Positions 40,914 to 54,364 are shown, counted from the stretch's first letter. The stretch is DNA of 64,000 nucleotides from Mytilus trossulus (GCF_036588685.1 NC_086386.1:51584001-51648000); one strand, 5' to 3'. The notes: a model not told the origin generated them from the sequence alone. Numbers and translations: made by a program.

Positions 40914-43066
40914 TTATACTAAATTTAGTCCTGGTATCTATGATGAGTTTATTTGACACCATTAAACATTAAACTAAAGAACATATTTTTTTAATGATGT
41001 AGATAAAAAGGTAGAAAACTACCATTCAAACATGAAATGCTAAAAAAAACCCACCAATGGCAATGAGTTCTGGATCACCTTTACTGACTAAAGGACCTTG
41101 TGGCATCATTTAGAGAAAACAAACTTTGACGCTTTGGGAAATTAGATTTGAACATATCAGGAAAATAATGAAGTAATATGGTTTTAGTGCTGAGTCATTG
41201 ATACAGAGTTTGTACTTACTGTTTGTGTTTGGGTTTTTTTTCCAATATAAAAGGCACTATTCTAGAAGATATGATCTGAACATCAATCCGAGTACAAGCT
41301 TATGCTAATAGATAATCTACATTAACACAGAGATAGTACTTAGATAGTGACAGACTGTTAACACAATGATTTCTGATAGCGTCTGCTATTGATGACGGGC
41401 ATTTTGTAGGCTAGGGAGAGAAACCAATAAATAGTTGTGATAAAAAATTATGTCAACTCGTCCTAGGAATACTCGTCCCATACGGAATATTAAGGGTTTT
41501 TCCTTATATAATTAATACAAATTTTATAGAGACAGTACTCCTTTAGCTATTATACATTAAAGGAATGCACAAATAGTCTGTAGGAGGTTTTGTAAGGGAA
41601 AAATGAATTTTGTCCCAACACTCTACTTTTTTCGAGATCCTTGTTAGCCAACTTGTGGACAAATTTAGAAAATTTAAAACGGTCGAATTCGATAAAATTT
41701 TGTGATTTTAAAGATTAATAACCAATAAATGTTTTAACATTTTTTTTAAGGATTCAAAATTCATTTTTAACGACTAATTTTTTTTCTTGCTAAATTTGAA
41801 AAAAAACATGTGTAATCTGAACTGACCAGACATGCGCCGTATCAATGATTAAATACCGTTTGTTTTATGTTCAGTCTATTTATATTACCATGATGTTTCA
41901 GATTTCCTTAGTGATATGCTTCTTCTATGCAATTTAACAGTCAGGGGTATTTCTAATGACAACATGTGCAAAAACACTCAATGATTTTTACCTACTAGTT
42001 CGACCGTTTTTTAGGGTACCCAAAAACTGGTCATATTCAATATACCCTAAACATAAAATGAAACAGTCAATTTTCTTAAGGCTTAGGCAAATGATGCACG
42101 GACCCCTACCTTTTCAATGATGTAAATATAAGACAAAATTAAAAGAGATGAAAATTTTGGTGTTACCAAGGCCTCCCGCCTTAATTTGTGCAAAAATGTA
42201 TCATTTACATTCAATCCAGATAACTCGAGTTGGCATGTTTAATGGACAAGACTTAAACTTTCCAATTTTTAACAACATGTAAATTAAAATTAAAAGCCAC
42301 TGTAAATCGTGTATAGAACGACATGTTTCGTTAGTGTATAATAACTTTTTGTTTGTAACCAAAGACATTGCCGTTTTGTAATGATTCCAAATATATGATG
42401 GTTACTCTTCGTAGTTGTATAAACACTGCGACACTGTCTTTTCGAAAGGAAAATATGACTTCCTACACTGCAACAAGTGTGTTACGATATTTATCCACTC
42501 GAGACAGTTATATTTTATTATTCAAGACGCGAGGCTTGCCGAGCTTTTCAAATAATCAAAATGTAACTGTTAAGAGTGAATGAATATCGTTATACACGAT
42601 TTAAAGTGTCGGAATTTGTTTCTCTAAGATTTGTATCCTTCTTTTTTTAAAGATTTTGAGATAGTTGTGTTCTTTATATGTGGCGTCATATGGCATGGTC
42701 GCCGTAATCATGACGTCACAATTGGACAATTCAGAAGGAACCACGAAATTTTGACGTTATAATCAAATTCGGACTAACAATTTGCTATTTAAAAACAGAC
42801 ATTTCACTAGTGAGGATCAATATTTTTCTGACACAGATCAAGTAATGTAAAAATAGCACCAAAATTAACAAAACAATAAGTATCTATATGCAGTAAAATG
42901 CAAATACAAGTAGTGCTAGCTGTTTTGAGGAACCTACTTCACAGTAACGACTACGTTGCTTACCAAACACAAAGTTACCTTTTTTATCAGAGACGCAACC
43001 ATTTTCATGATGGCACCTGAAAAAAAAAGAAAACTCCATATCTATTCAATTAAATAAAAAGTCGAA

Positions 43067-43449
43067 TCACGTTTGTTTTTCATAAGTTAGCCATGCTTTT
43101 GATTTAACACCATAGCTTATCAAGGAGTTGGCGTGAAGTATAATCTTTGATTCGTTGCCATATTTTGTGAGGGTGTTTGCTCTACACCAAAGAGCTTGAA
43201 AGCTAAAGTCAGCATCATGTGATTTATTTATTGCATTTTTTTCGTCGCCAATGTTGCCACTGTTAATGGTTTTTCTTTGCTTTTTTTTCTTTTGAATGTA
43301 TGATCTTGAACTATTTTGTCGTCTAAGGCGATTCTTACGTTTTGCACAACTTGTCATACGATAGACAACTTTTGAGTAATGTCCTTCACCGGAAATGTTT
43401 GTCAACTTTGCGCTTCTATATGACGACATGTAACTGATAATAGCGTCTT
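43067..43449 (-). CDS. Orphan terminal-exon-like ORF (possible cytoplasmic tail)
   Basis: Open for ~127 codons after a tgtag acceptor (phase 1); hydrophilic, with an EGHYSKV Tyr motif; upstream partner exon not identified. Confidence 0.4.
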
Positions 43450-43551
43450 CTACAGTATATATGATGACAAGGAGAGGATACAGCTCCATATTTAACACGG
43501 GGTTTTCGGAAACATTAATAGTTATCAAAAGTACCAGGATTATAATTTTAT

Positions 43552-43597
43552 ACGCCAGACGCGCGTTTCGTCTACATAAGACTCATCAGTGACGCTC
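43552..43597 (-). ncRNA. Type I hammerhead ribozyme
   Basis: CUGAUGA and GAAA core; stem II GUC/GAC; stem I GCGUCA/UGGCGU; minimal stem III AC-GCGC-GU; GUC cleavage triplet. Confidence 0.9.
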
Positions 43598-43905
43598 AGA
43601 TCAAAATAGTTAAAAAGCCAAATAAATACAAAGTTGAAGAGCATTGAGGATCCAAAATTCCAAAAAGTTGTGCCAAATACGGCTAAGGTAATCTACTCCT
43701 GGGGTAAGAAAATCCTTAGTTTTTCGAAAAATTCAAAGTTTTGTAAACAGAAAATTTATAAAAATGACCATATAATTGATATTCATGTCAACACCGAAGT
43801 GCTAACTACTGGGCTGGTGATACCCTCGGGACGAAACGTCCACCAGCAGTGGCATCGACCCAGTGGTGTAAATAGTTATCAAAAGTACCAGGATTATAAT
43901 TTTAT

Positions 43906-43951
43906 ACGCCAGACGCGCGTTTCGTCTACATAAGACTCATCAGTGACGCTC
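43906..43951 (-). ncRNA. Type I hammerhead ribozyme
   Basis: Identical to 43552-43597. Confidence 0.9.
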
Positions 43952-44260
43952 AGATCAAAATAGTTAAAAAGCCAAACAAATACAAAGTTGAAGAGCATTG
44001 AGGATCCAAAATTCCAAAAAGTTGTGCCAAATACGGCTAAGGTAATCTACTCCTTGGGTAAGAAAATCCTTAGTTTTTCGAAAAATTCAAAGTTTTGTAA
44101 ACAGAAAATTTATAAAAATGACCATATAATTGATATTCATGTCAACACCGAAGTGCTAACTACTGGGCTGGTGATACCCTCGGGGACGAAACGTCCACCA
44201 GCAGTGGCATCGACCCAGTGGTGTAAATAGTTATCAAAAGTACCAGGATTATAATTTTAT

Positions 44261-44306
44261 ACGCCAGACGCGCGTTTCGTCTACATAAGACTCATCAGTG
44301 ACGCTC
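44261..44306 (-). ncRNA. Type I hammerhead ribozyme
   Basis: Identical to 43552-43597. Confidence 0.9.
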
Positions 44307-44965
44307 AGATCAAAATAGTTAAAAAGCCAAATAAATACAAAGTTGAAGAGCATTGAGGATCCAAAATTCCAAAAAGTTGTGCCAAATACGGTTAAGGTAA
44401 TATACTCCTGGGGTAAGAAAATCCTTAGTTTTTCGAAAAATTCAAAGTTTTGTAAACAGAAAATTTATAGAAATGACCATATAATTGATATTCATGTCAA
44501 CACCGAAGTGCTAACTACTTAAATGTCATTTAAAATGCTCATGCAAATGTAATTTGTTGTATGATACTTTTCATTATTTAAGGAATTGAAAGACAATTAC
44601 ATATTGTTACATGTGATTGTTGTAAGAATATGTTCCCGTTACACTGCGTTGTTTAAGGACAAGCTTATCATTTCCAAGTTCGCATTTATCAGTTTGAAGA
44701 TTTGAGAAAAACATGTCAAAATAAAAATAAGAAATATGAAGTTAAAAGGAAAAACATGTAAACTTGAAATATAAAAAAATATAAAAAAACCATCAGAATG
44801 TCATTTCTATTCTTTCTTATTTTTACATCCATACACACACAAAGAAATATGTTTGCTTGTCATGCAAACCGTACTTTAACTGTAAATTAACTGTTAACTG
44901 TACTTTGATTTATTTTTTTTTTTTTTTTTTATTTTTTTTTTAAAGATAGAAACAGATACACTTAC

Positions 44966-45071
44966 CTTTCACTATTGTTACAGAAACATGTTTCTCCACA
45001 TTTTTCGCCATATTTGTCGTTAGGACAAGGTTCACATTTTGAGCCATCGGATGTGAATCCGAACTCACACC
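44966..45071 (-). CDS. Copy B exon, EGF-like
   Basis: CEFGFTSDGSKCEPCPNDKYGEKCGETCFCNNSER; canonical splice sites. Confidence 0.85.
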
Positions 45072-45627
45072 CTGAAAACATGTAATTAATATATTGACAA
45101 AGACAAAGATTTTTACTCGTTGTTACATTTTAACAACTTAAAGATAAAAAGTATAATATTTAAAAAAAAAAAGAAAAGAAAAAAAGTGCACATATGTATA
45201 AAAGGAAGGTTGTGGCGTGATGGTTAGTTTGCACAGAATTCCGCTTCAATGATCGTCTTCAACTTGCAGTGATGCAATAGTTTTTGCTCCATGTTGAAGG
45301 TCTCATTGGTAATTTGAGATAGAGAACAACAACAAAAGCACTGTTCCTTTGCCTTTTTTGATTTTTGTGTGCACATACCGATTTGGTGTCAAACATTATG
45401 GATACCCTATATCCTTTCTTTTCCTTCATATATAAACATTTAAGGTACATTGCCGTATCAATAACTAGAAACTAAATAAAGTCATTATTTGATGAACTAT
45501 TTCGCCGCTGTTTTAACTTCAATTTCGATGTCAAACAACAGCCTTATACCATAAAAGAAAACATCATAAATTTCTTATCCGAAAATAAATTCTAACTGTT
45601 GTTGGTGGTATATAATAAGTAACATAC

Positions 45628-45716
45628 CTTTGCATGTGTTATTTGTCCCTATTGGTTCAAAGTTGCGACAACAGAAGCTTGTTGTGACGGAAATGTTGAC
45701 TCCACTAGAAGACGTA
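45628..45716 (-). CDS. Copy B exon, EMI-like CC motif
   Basis: TSSSGVNISVTTSFCCRNFEPIGTNNTCK; in-frame 9-nt length difference from copy A. Confidence 0.8.
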
Positions 45717-46888
45717 CTGGAGAAAAAAAGTAACGATTTATTCAACAAAACCATATTATTAACATGCCTTAAACAGTTACAAACTAACTGTCTGTTCATG
45801 GGAAATAAAACACTAATTCATAGCCACATGTTTACTATCTTAATTGTGCAAATTAAAGCATTAGTAGATATTTTTTCTTTTAAGTTAAATCAGTAAAATT
45901 ATTATAAACGTTTACATAATCTTTGTTCGTGCTGCTAAACTTGAAATAGCTTTAACTGCAACTATGAAGTCACTTGTTCCTGGAAGTTTGGTAGTCAGTA
46001 ATATGCAATGCTGATTTGAACAACAGGTAAATTATAATACTCAAATTCTTCTATTTGTTCTCAAACAAAAGTAACTTTCAACAAAAAGTAAAATCACATA
46101 AATACTGAACTTTGAGGAATATTCAAAAAGGAAAGTCCCTAATCAAATAGGAAAATCAAAAGCTTAAACAAATCAAACGAATGGATAAAATAATTCTGAC
46201 TTGGAACAGGCATTTTCTTATGTGGAAATTTGGGATTAAACCTGGTTTGAAAGCTAGCTGAACGTCTCACATGTATAACATTTTGACAGTTTGACTTTTA
46301 AGCTCGCCCTTTTAAAGCCCCTTTATAGTGTTGTGGCTTAAAGTAGTAAGCAATCTGCAAGTAATCACTCTACTTTTTGACAAATTATTCCTTTATCTTG
46401 CATTGGGGGTGCATGTACTCCAACATTTTTTTATTATCTGATTTGCAATGTTATAGTTATGCGTGGGACTTTTTTTTTGTCGGATATGTAATCTCCTCAA
46501 TTGCATGTTCTTTTTAATAGGGCCATAATTAATGGTTCTAGACACATTTAACATAATCCGACTGGCTTCTCAGAATTTGCTTTATTGATTAAAACAATAA
46601 TAGAACTTCTATGAAATCAAGTCTTACACTGATAATTAAACTCTTTTAAAAAGTCAATTCAAATCTGTCACTTATAGTTCCATGGTGGTCCCTAGTCCAT
46701 TTGTTTTTTATCCGATACGGCATTACCGTAACACTTTTGTCCAAAACAGCTACGCGTTTTAATTCTTTTAATCTTCTTTCAGATCGGGCCCGAATTAGTG
46801 GTTATATACCTATAGCAGTAAGAGTGAGAATTTGAATTGTTATGCACATCGTGTAACAATAAGAGTAAAAAAGACAATATTAACTTAC

Positions 46889-46939
46889 CTTATGTTTCGG
46901 AAGCATTGTCCGTTGGTTGACAGCTGACAATTGCACATT
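46889..46939 (-). CDS. Copy B exon MCNCQLSTNGQCFRNI
   Basis: ttttcag|...|gtaagt, phase 2 to 2. Confidence 0.8.
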
Positions 46940-47769
46940 CTGAAAACAGAAACTAAAATCAAGCGCATGACATTTTTAGAATTTTCCATTATAAATGTCA
47001 GAAATATTGAATTCTATTATAAGAGAATAAGGACGGAAGTGATTCAATACAAAATGATGTTTTTTTTATAATTTAATATAACGGGGTTTAAAAACCAATA
47101 TTTTATTAGTTCATTACAAATATTGTGTGTTTCCATATAAAGACAAAGTTATGTTTTACACATGTACTTGAACACCAATAATCTAAACTCAATGTGCATA
47201 ACGTTTCAATAATACTAGTAGTTTGTGTATAAGTGGTAGAAAGTTTTGTACATACAAATTCACGTAAGATGTTCCGTTGCTAGATGAACTCAATTTGCAT
47301 TAGCAAAGTCATTGTAAATGCATATGCTTATAGGTTCTGTAAAAAAGCACATGCAATTTCCTATGGGAACTCCTATGACGGTTAAAACTGTGCCCTTTTT
47401 ATTATGAGGTCTCGGGGACAAAAATCCTAAATTGAAAAGTTGATATGCACTACTTATTTTTCTAAAGGTCTTAACTTAGGGCTGTGCGGCATATTCTTAT
47501 CATGTATTTGACCGAACTTCTGAGACTTTGAACTTATATTAATTATTCCGTACTACCACTTCCTTCACTTTTGTCCTACCTCATAATTAAAAATTCGCCA
47601 CAACCATGTTTATATGTACAGGGTAACATTCCAAAGTAATGTATCTACGAGATTAAACATAGAGATCATGACGCAGTTCTAGTACGTTAACAAAACGAAA
47701 TATCTATGCATATTATATATCTTCTGAAAAGAGTTTGTGAAACAGCTATATTTGCAAAGTGAAACCTAC

Positions 47770-47819
47770 GTGTACAAAATGTAATAGATTGTGCATTGAC
47801 AATGCTTTATGTAATTCAT
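47770..47819 (-). CDS. Copy B candidate start/signal exon (MNYIKHCQCTIYYILYT)
   Basis: ATG at 47819; donor gtaggt in phase 2 matches exon 46939. Confidence 0.5.
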
Positions 47820-48041
47820 GTAATTTTGTTTATCAATTATGATAATATTGTTTGAAGTTATTGCATTTACAACTGCCCGAGATTTCTTAATTTTTGCCTT
47901 TGAGATTGGGAATTATAAATATATGTTCAAGAAGAGTGACATGTCTTCCCGAAGGCTATTACCAGGTAGGGAACTTGTTCGTTAAAATGCATTATGCTCT
48001 TTAACTTTGTACTTGTTTGGGTTTATAAATATTTTTGATTT

Positions 48042-48087
48042 GAGCGTCACTGATGAGTCTTATGTAGACGAAACGCGCGTATGGCGT
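48042..48087 (+). ncRNA. Type I hammerhead ribozyme (GUA triplet)
   Basis: gagcgtcaCTGATGAgtcttatgtagacGAAACgcgcGTAtggcgt. Confidence 0.85.
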
Positions 48088-48395
48088 ACTAAATTATAAT
48101 CCTGGTACCTTTGATAACCATTTACACCACTGGGTCGATGCCACTGCTGGTGGACGTTTCGTCCCCGAGGGTATCACCAGCCCAGTAGTCAACACTTCGG
48201 TGGTGACATGAATATCAATAATGTGGTCTTTTTATAAATTTACTGTATACAAAACTTTGAACCTTTTAAAAAAAAAAGGATTTTCTTATCCCAGGCATAG
48301 ATTACCTTAGCCGTATTTGGCACAACTTTTTGAATTTTGGATCCTCAATGCTCTTCAACTTTGTACTTGTTTGGGTTTATAAATGTTTTTGATTT

Positions 48396-48441
48396 GAGCG
48401 TCACTGATGAGTCTTATGTAGACGAAACGCGCGTATGGCGT
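48396..48441 (+). ncRNA. Type I hammerhead ribozyme (GUA triplet)
   Basis: Same sequence as 48042-48087. Confidence 0.85.
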
Positions 48442-51145
48442 ACTAAATTATAAATCTGGTACCTTTGATAACCAATTAGACATATTACGCAGTATTCATA
48501 TTCATAAAGTCTTTATACTGTCTACTTCTCAATTTGCATTTGAGTTTCAGCTTCATTTTTTACAATAACCTGATACATTAAAACACATTTTATATTATAA
48601 CTCACCAGATTTCATCAAGCAACGCATTTGCTTCCCATAGAGCTTTTTTTTTATTGATATAAATAGCATTTATTGGCTTCGGACATTTCATGTGTAACAA
48701 AACTGTATTTCAAAATAGTATTTGTTTTCTGCATGTTAGCTATTTTTTTCTTCAGAGCTTGAATTTAGTTTTTTAATCAATAGACTATCTCTTTATCAGT
48801 GCACTACATTATTTTATTTTAAGTTGTCATGCTTTGTTTTCAGCTAAGTACTATTTTTACCCTTCCGGATCAACTGATATCGACCCCAAATTTTAGAAGG
48901 ATTTGGGTTGCTCAGTCATCAGTTTCCTATTTTGTGTTTTGAGTACTGCTGTTTGTCTGTTGGTCTTTTAACGTTTTAGCCATGACGTTGTCCGTTTAAA
49001 TTTCGACTCATGATTTTGATTGTCCCTCTGATATCTTTCGCATCTTATTCACATTCTTTTGAAATTACCGAACATATTTGCTAACGGGCTTATACAGCTA
49101 AAAAGATCTTCTATATTTAAAATGTCATTCTTTGAAAATGTAGTGTGCATTGCATTGCATAATCTTTTGCGTTTAATTGGTCAGGCAAAATTTATTTATG
49201 CTGATTTTGTCAGTGAACCAAAACATTCCAGGTCGCCAACTGCAGGCTTACTATACATATTGAAATAGCTTTTTTCTGTCTACCAAATTGATTGCAAATT
49301 TGCCTCAGCCAAGTCGCCATTGACCAAAGTAAATAGTCCGAGTAGATAGTGTTGGCTTTAAGTAAACATATAGCTTAGAGTAAGTATTATATTTATTAAT
49401 AATAAAACATAAATCAACATAAATATCTTGGTCACGGGAAAAACACTCAGCTTGCACAAGAATTTTGGGATCTAACATACGAAAGTCATTTTACAATCTT
49501 CAGCGAGAAGCAGAACCTACCTGGCGACCAACAATAAATTCATCTCCAATGCAGCTTGGCAAGTGCAATTTCTGCGGGGGAAATCCAACTTTTTATTTCA
49601 AGTAGAAAGTATCTTTAAGTTTTATAAGCGCAGAAAAAAGAACAGGTTTGAAGGTTAGAAAGGAAGCCCTAACTTTTTGGGGGGAATTGTAAAGAAGCAT
49701 GTCGTATCAAGCAAATATATATTCTTAAAAACATACAATTTTGTATAAAAAAATTGAATTTTGCTTACTGATATTTAAAAGATATTAACCTTTATTGTTT
49801 GTCGTAACTAGAGGTTTAGTTAATCTATATATACTTAGATTTCACTTTAAAAATTAAGAATGGAAATTGGGAATGTATTTAGGTAAAAAAACAACCTGAT
49901 GCACCTCCCCATTGATAATAGTGTCACCAGTATTCTTGGGGAATTTAAATTTTTTGGATAACACCAGTGATACACATTTATCAATGGTCTTAAACTAACA
50001 CATATAGCTGAGTGCCCAACATATATATATGAGAGTTTCTGCATGTGTGGTTGCAACTTTAATTTGCATATTTATTTTTATAATGCTAAGAAGTAAGTGT
50101 TCAACGTTTGCAGTTTCGGCATAATCAATTATTGAGATATAATGGAAACATAATCAACCGATAAATACGACTGCAACTAATTGCTACAATGTACGACGTC
50201 ATTAACGATAAGGAAAAAACTAATGTGAATTGTATTTATAATGTTTATCTCTTATCAAGTGTAAAAAATAAAATAGAAAATATACCGAACTCCGAGAGAA
50301 AGATTCACTGAAAGGATATGTACAGTTTTACAGAAGGTGTGTATATATAAGTTTTTAACTCCTTGATTTATTTCAAATTGTTTTGTTGATCAGCAAAATA
50401 ATCCAAAAGAATTAAGCTATTGTGAATTAAGTATCACAAATACATAATTAATTCTGCTATAAATATGCACTTGAACTTATAGAATTTCCCCCACAATATG
50501 CATGTTTTAATGTTATAATGAAAACCATCAGTCAAATTACACATACATAAAACGATGTAATAATTTTTGATACAGGGATTAATCATAATAACTGTTGTTT
50601 TAACTGACGATTTGAAGTTATCAAACAATGTTATTTGAATTAAAATTTTAAGAAATTCAGAATTTCTTTCAATTAAACCTTATTCCCTGGCCGACACGGG
50701 AAAATAGAATTGATAAAACAACAAAATCATAGTACTTATTTTACATTTGTTATTTCAGCCTATCACCATCATAATAATAATCCCAAACTGCTTTACATCT
50801 CCTATTGTAATTCATTAGTCTTTCAATATGTGAAGGTTATTGGAATATTCGATTAATACCAATGAAGGATGTACGATTGAAATATAAACAATAAGTGTTG
50901 TTAATGAAAACTAGAATCAACAAATATTCCGAAATCTAATGACTGACTATATAGTTTTACTATTTGTAAAAAATGCTGATTAAGGATGCCGATTCACTGT
51001 TTCGTGGTAAATTGGATTATCTACAACTTTGATTCTCCTTGCCTGACTTCTAACATCTTTCAACGTTAGTTTGTTATTGCTCATTGATCTACCGAAACCA
51101 ATCAAGGTAGATTCTTTGGAAAAAGAATACTCATTCTGAATACCT

Positions 51146-51633
51146 TCATTGCTTTGCAACGAGCTTTCCCGATGAAAAAGACGTTGAACATATGTGAACA
51201 TCTAAGCATTCACTTTCTTCTGGACTGTGTCGGTCAGTTGTGTGCTCTTTTAATTTATTTCGAGTTTTTTGTTGCACGGGTTGTGATTTAGAGCTTAATT
51301 GTGTGGAACAAAAACTGATTGGTGTGCTACATGTATTTCCTTGTGTACTCACTTTGCTACTACATGTAAGAATGTTTGGTAATTCTAAGTACGAGTGGTG
51401 AAATGATGTTCTGGAAGTTATTGTGTTCATAGCTAATTCGTCTATTTCATTGTATACACTTTCGATACCCTCTTCATCTTTGGGTTGGGCATATTCCGTT
51501 TCTTTTGTCTTTCTGGCATTGCCTTTAAGTGGATTGACGGACATATTACAACACGTATGCAACACACCAAATAAAACTAACAAACCGAGAAGTATGATAA
51601 TAACAATTAACATCTGTTCCCACGATGTTATAG
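51146..51633 (-). CDS. Copy A terminal exon: TM plus cytoplasmic tail with Tyr motifs
   Basis: Phase-1 acceptor tttcag; MLIVIIILLGLLVLFGVL TM; EYAQP, VYNEI, SYLEL. An alternative frame continues to 50980 with DNPIY. Confidence 0.8.
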
Positions 51634-54316
51634 CTGAAAGTTGACAAAAACAAAATAGTCAATATATACATGATATAATTTCCGATGTAACCATGCCTAC
51701 ATTAAATGCTTTATTTGGTCAAGAATTAAATCTTATTCCATGCAGTCATATTTTGATTTGATTCTAAACTAGCCATTATCCGAATTCCTATAGTTGAACT
51801 GTTTTGATATCAAAATGTTGCAATTAACATTCGAAGAGGACTATTTTGATATTGTAGTATAACATGAAAGAAGAAATACTCAATACACTATTTATTTTTG
51901 CAATATTTCTGTGTGATGAATACCCCTTATAGAAAAGTTACTAGACAATTTATAAGTATTCAAAGATAAGAATAACATGCTCCTGTTCATATCATTCTTG
52001 TAAACTTCAATGGCATTTAACTTTTTGCCTCTCACATATCATATTATTCGAAAAGTACCTGTATCTGTCACAATTGTTTTTATTTTACCCATTTATTTTA
52101 ATTTATATTTTCATTTATTCATGCACTCAACGACCGTACACAAGTATCTTCACATGTGTCGAACACTGCAGCAAGGATTTGACAAAGATAATAGCAAGAT
52201 CATCAATCACAAAAATTATCGAAACTAAAGATTTATCATAAAACCAGTGTAGTGAATATCCTTAATAAATACAATATTGTTTTCTAACGATAAGCTTTCT
52301 AACTAAGGACAGACACATGAACATATGAAAATCAGAAAACGCCCTGAATGTACATCAAAACATGGATGAAAAGTACACACTAGAAAATACATTTATTTTA
52401 TTTTAAAAGAACATGTATTTCTAATAATGGTAACATAAACAACTAAAAATGAGGTTTAAACACTACGTTAAAGCACACATTATGATACCTCATCACCAAA
52501 TATCAAAGTCATGACACACAAATATTTTAAATATGGATGTACAAGTCTTCTGATTGGCTAAAATTTTGTTGTTGATCAGCTCATTGACATAATTTTGGCA
52601 TGTGATAATGACGTCATCAACGTTGTTCGATGATTTTAAAAATGAGTTAAAAGGAATAGTTGTACTATGTTTTCTATTTATTCGAAATAACCTCATTAAC
52701 TAGTAGCGGGCGTGGGTGCAAACGTTAAAATAATGCGTTAAGCGAGTTATTTACTGTGCACCAAAATTGTATATGTTGCTTCTCCATAGACACGTCTTAT
52801 TATTATTACAAATATGATTTACACAAGACATTTTTTTTTTATAAATCTTACTGTTAACTATTATAATGATAACTCGTTCTTAAATATTCGGTTTTTACAT
52901 TATATCAACATTTCACTGTAAAGTTGTATTGCCTATACTTTAGTATTCTACTTTGTTAAAATTATCTCCCCATTACGCCAGTTCATTTTAACAATGGTAG
53001 AAACGCAATCTATTGTAGGGATGACGCGCTGCCAATTTTGCTCTTGGAAACATATAAATTTATCCACATTGCACCATTACGATCCTAATATGTCTGTTGT
53101 ATTTTAAAAGACAAATGTATCAACATGCTAATGAGCATCAGTTAATGATCTTGCCAGAACTGAGTCAACTTAAAACTATTGTCTGATCGGTTGTCAGGTG
53201 GAATTTTCGAAAATTCATAAACATTTAAAAAATAATTCTAATTAAATATTACGTTGAAAAGCAGACAAGATTTTTTTAGTGGTTGAAGACTGTAAACCCT
53301 AGTTATCAAACACAACAAATTATAATTTTTCGAAGATATGCATTTTCATCATCCAACTTGAAAGACTATCGTAAAGTACTTTTAGTACAAAATAGTTATT
53401 AGAACACACCTACTCTGTTTTTGTGATTCATTGGATAGGTATTACACTAGACCCATATAGTTCATCTTATAGTACTGTGATTTCTTTTGGTTATAAAGTC
53501 AACCTGTGCATGTAGCTTTGATATATAAAAATGATAGAATCTGAACCGAGACGATGTATGAAATATTCTTGCATTGGACGATATCAAGACAAAATAATAA
53601 ACACAAACACGCCCTTACATAAAAAAGTGCACTCAATTTTCTCTTTTCGATACAACAGTTACCCTTTTTGGGAAATTTTTCTTGAGTCATATCAACGAAG
53701 GGCAGACACGAAAATTCCTGAACTAATAGATTGCTATGTTTCCGTCCGTGGTAATTTTTTTTTAAATCTGAGGTTATTCATTTTCTACATCCAACTTGAA
53801 AGATACCCATGTCGTCGACTTGATTTCTAATTGTTCTGCTCAACTTTGTAGTAGATAATTTGAAAACTTATGCAAATGGTGTTTTTAAAATAAAACATCT
53901 CGTAAATGAAAAAAAAAATGTCATTTTATTTGTTTCTATTAATTTTTAAAATTTTGGTCACTATAGCATGTATAGTAAACATTACAGTAAGCATTCATCG
54001 CCTTCTCTAACAAAGAGCTTCGATTCTTTTGTTTTATTTCAACCGGGTTTCCGCCTGTATTGTTGGTGTATAATACGATATATACTATATTGAAAAAACA
54101 AACGCTTGATAACTTTTTACATCACTAATTTATTATTTAAGCATGTGTCATACAAAACTTAAGTTGATATCATTTAGAGCTATTTATTACAAGTACAAAC
54201 GTCGTAAAGCTGTTTAGTTTCTTTAATATTGCAAGTTGTTACTTGTAGAGTATATTAATTTCGCTTTTGTCAACAGAGTTGTTTTATTTACTTAAACACT
54301 GTTTTGGTAAACTTGC

Positions 54317-54364
54317 CTTCTTTTGCCAAATTGTGAATGGTAGTTGTAAATATTGTAGTAATAC
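54317..54364 (-). CDS. Copy A Thr-rich stalk exon with a GC donor
   Basis: ttgcag|GT ATT ACT..GAA G|gcaagt; ITTIFTTTIHNLAKE. Confidence 0.55.

Larger units (their letters stand above)
43517..44519 (-). mobile_element. Tandem retrozyme array (~2.8 copies of a 354-355 nt unit), one type I hammerhead per unit
   Basis: Units start at 43517, 43871 and 44226 and are nearly identical. Each contains the reverse complement of gagcgtca CTGATGA gtc ttatgta gac GAAAC gcgc GTC tggcgt. Confidence 0.9.
47994..48473 (+). mobile_element. Retrozyme array (~1.35 units, 354 nt period) with two hammerheads
   Basis: Inverted homolog of the 43.5-44.5 kb array; hammerheads at 48042-48087 and 48396-48441. Confidence 0.9.

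Noticed and set aside
43517-44519. Tandem repeat as a CRISPR array, or the repeated ORFs 43634..43933 and 43988..44230 as genes
   Set aside because: Whole 354-nt units repeat with no unique spacers and no cas genes; the ORFs are incidental frames of the retrozyme.
45210-45260. tRNA (A-box-like tggcgtgatggttag)
   Set aside because: No cloverleaf or B-box; probably a decayed SINE head, duplicated near 55915.
49505-49590. U1 snRNA-like (acctacctggc...aatttctg..gggga)
   Set aside because: Too short and lacks U1 stem-loops; better explained as a - strand splice donor.
53411-53514. Additional copy A stalk exon
   Set aside because: AG/GT bounded but has stops in all frames.
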